DNA of 43,234 nt. Origin: Nitrospirota bacterium. Lineage in GTDB: Bacteria > Nitrospirota > UBA9217. Positions 42,962-43,234 of the stretch are shown here, piece after piece (the first letter of the stretch is position 1; each line of letters starts with the position of its first letter). Below the pieces are notes generated by a model that saw nothing but the letters and a program-made list of their open reading frames with translations, had not been told where the DNA came from and made no database searches. The stretch is taken from the NCBI GenBank assembly GCA_963741205.1, contig CAVUHW010000040.1, positions 1-43,234 of the forward strand. Direction: 5' to 3'. The translations under genes and the position numbers were made by a program.

Positions 42962-43180
42962 ATTTATATCGTATGACATTGTATGACGGATGTCAAGCGT
43001 TTATCGACGGGCTGGCGATTGGAGATGAGGAGAAGATAGACGTTATCGATGTACAGGTTGATTCTGATACCCGACATGCGGTTTTACAACCGCGTATCTC
43101 ATGCTTTATTTTATTGATATTATTAAGAATTTGATTGCTATTTTATTGATTTCTGGGCAGTTTCTGCCACTTTACTGTCC

Positions 43181-43214
43181 AAAAAAAAGGCCTATTCAAT
43201 CGTGAATAGGCCTT
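43181..43214 (-). terminator. Rho-independent terminator
   Basis: A8 run followed by the AGGCCTATTCA-ATCG-TGAATAGGCCT stem. Confidence 0.7.
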
Positions 43215-43229
43215 AACTCATTGATTATA

Positions 43230-43234
43230 TGGTG
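43230..43234 (-). other. Possible 3' end (CACCA) of a tRNA gene or att core continuing beyond the window
   Basis: Terminal TGGTG next to a perfect IHF-consensus site (43214-43226) and a terminator. Only 5 nt are visible. Confidence 0.35.

Overview
Mosaic, accessory-looking 43 kb region from a diderm bacterium. Gene content suggests a Nitrospirota/Desulfobacterota-like host, but that is inference only. Left to right: (1) a copper module with CopA-type P1B ATPase, a sigma54 two-component pair, a CopZ-like HMA protein, a SHOCT protein, a Met-rich periplasmic protein, an SCO-cytochrome c fusion and a large lipoprotein multicopper oxidase. The two-component pair is bracketed by two copies of a sigma54-driven cassette carrying a 7-codon leader ORF (MKKxFPP*) and an unknown secreted repeat protein. 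(2) ClC channel, Pal, two MarR paralogs, an orphan GspC, a 3x(CHRD + c-type heme) lipoprotein, an IS5 element, a degenerate class A beta-lactamase-like protein and an alpha/beta hydrolase. (3) A glucosylglycerate (compatible solute) operon headed by a CPA2 antiporter behind a consensus sigma70 promoter and a terminator-containing structured leader. (4) Two cytochromes P460, RidA, SDR, cupin and gene debris, a GEMM-I (c-di-GMP-I) riboswitch upstream of an SRPBCC gene, an OM beta-barrel and a PIN/UPF0175 toxin-antitoxin pair. The window ends in what looks like a tRNA 3' end/att site. A palindrome, ATTTG-N4-CAAAT, recurs at six promoter regions and suggests a MarR regulon linking these modules. 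Many genes carry single-base frameshifts, probably sequencing errors, so gene boundaries are reconstructed by eye.
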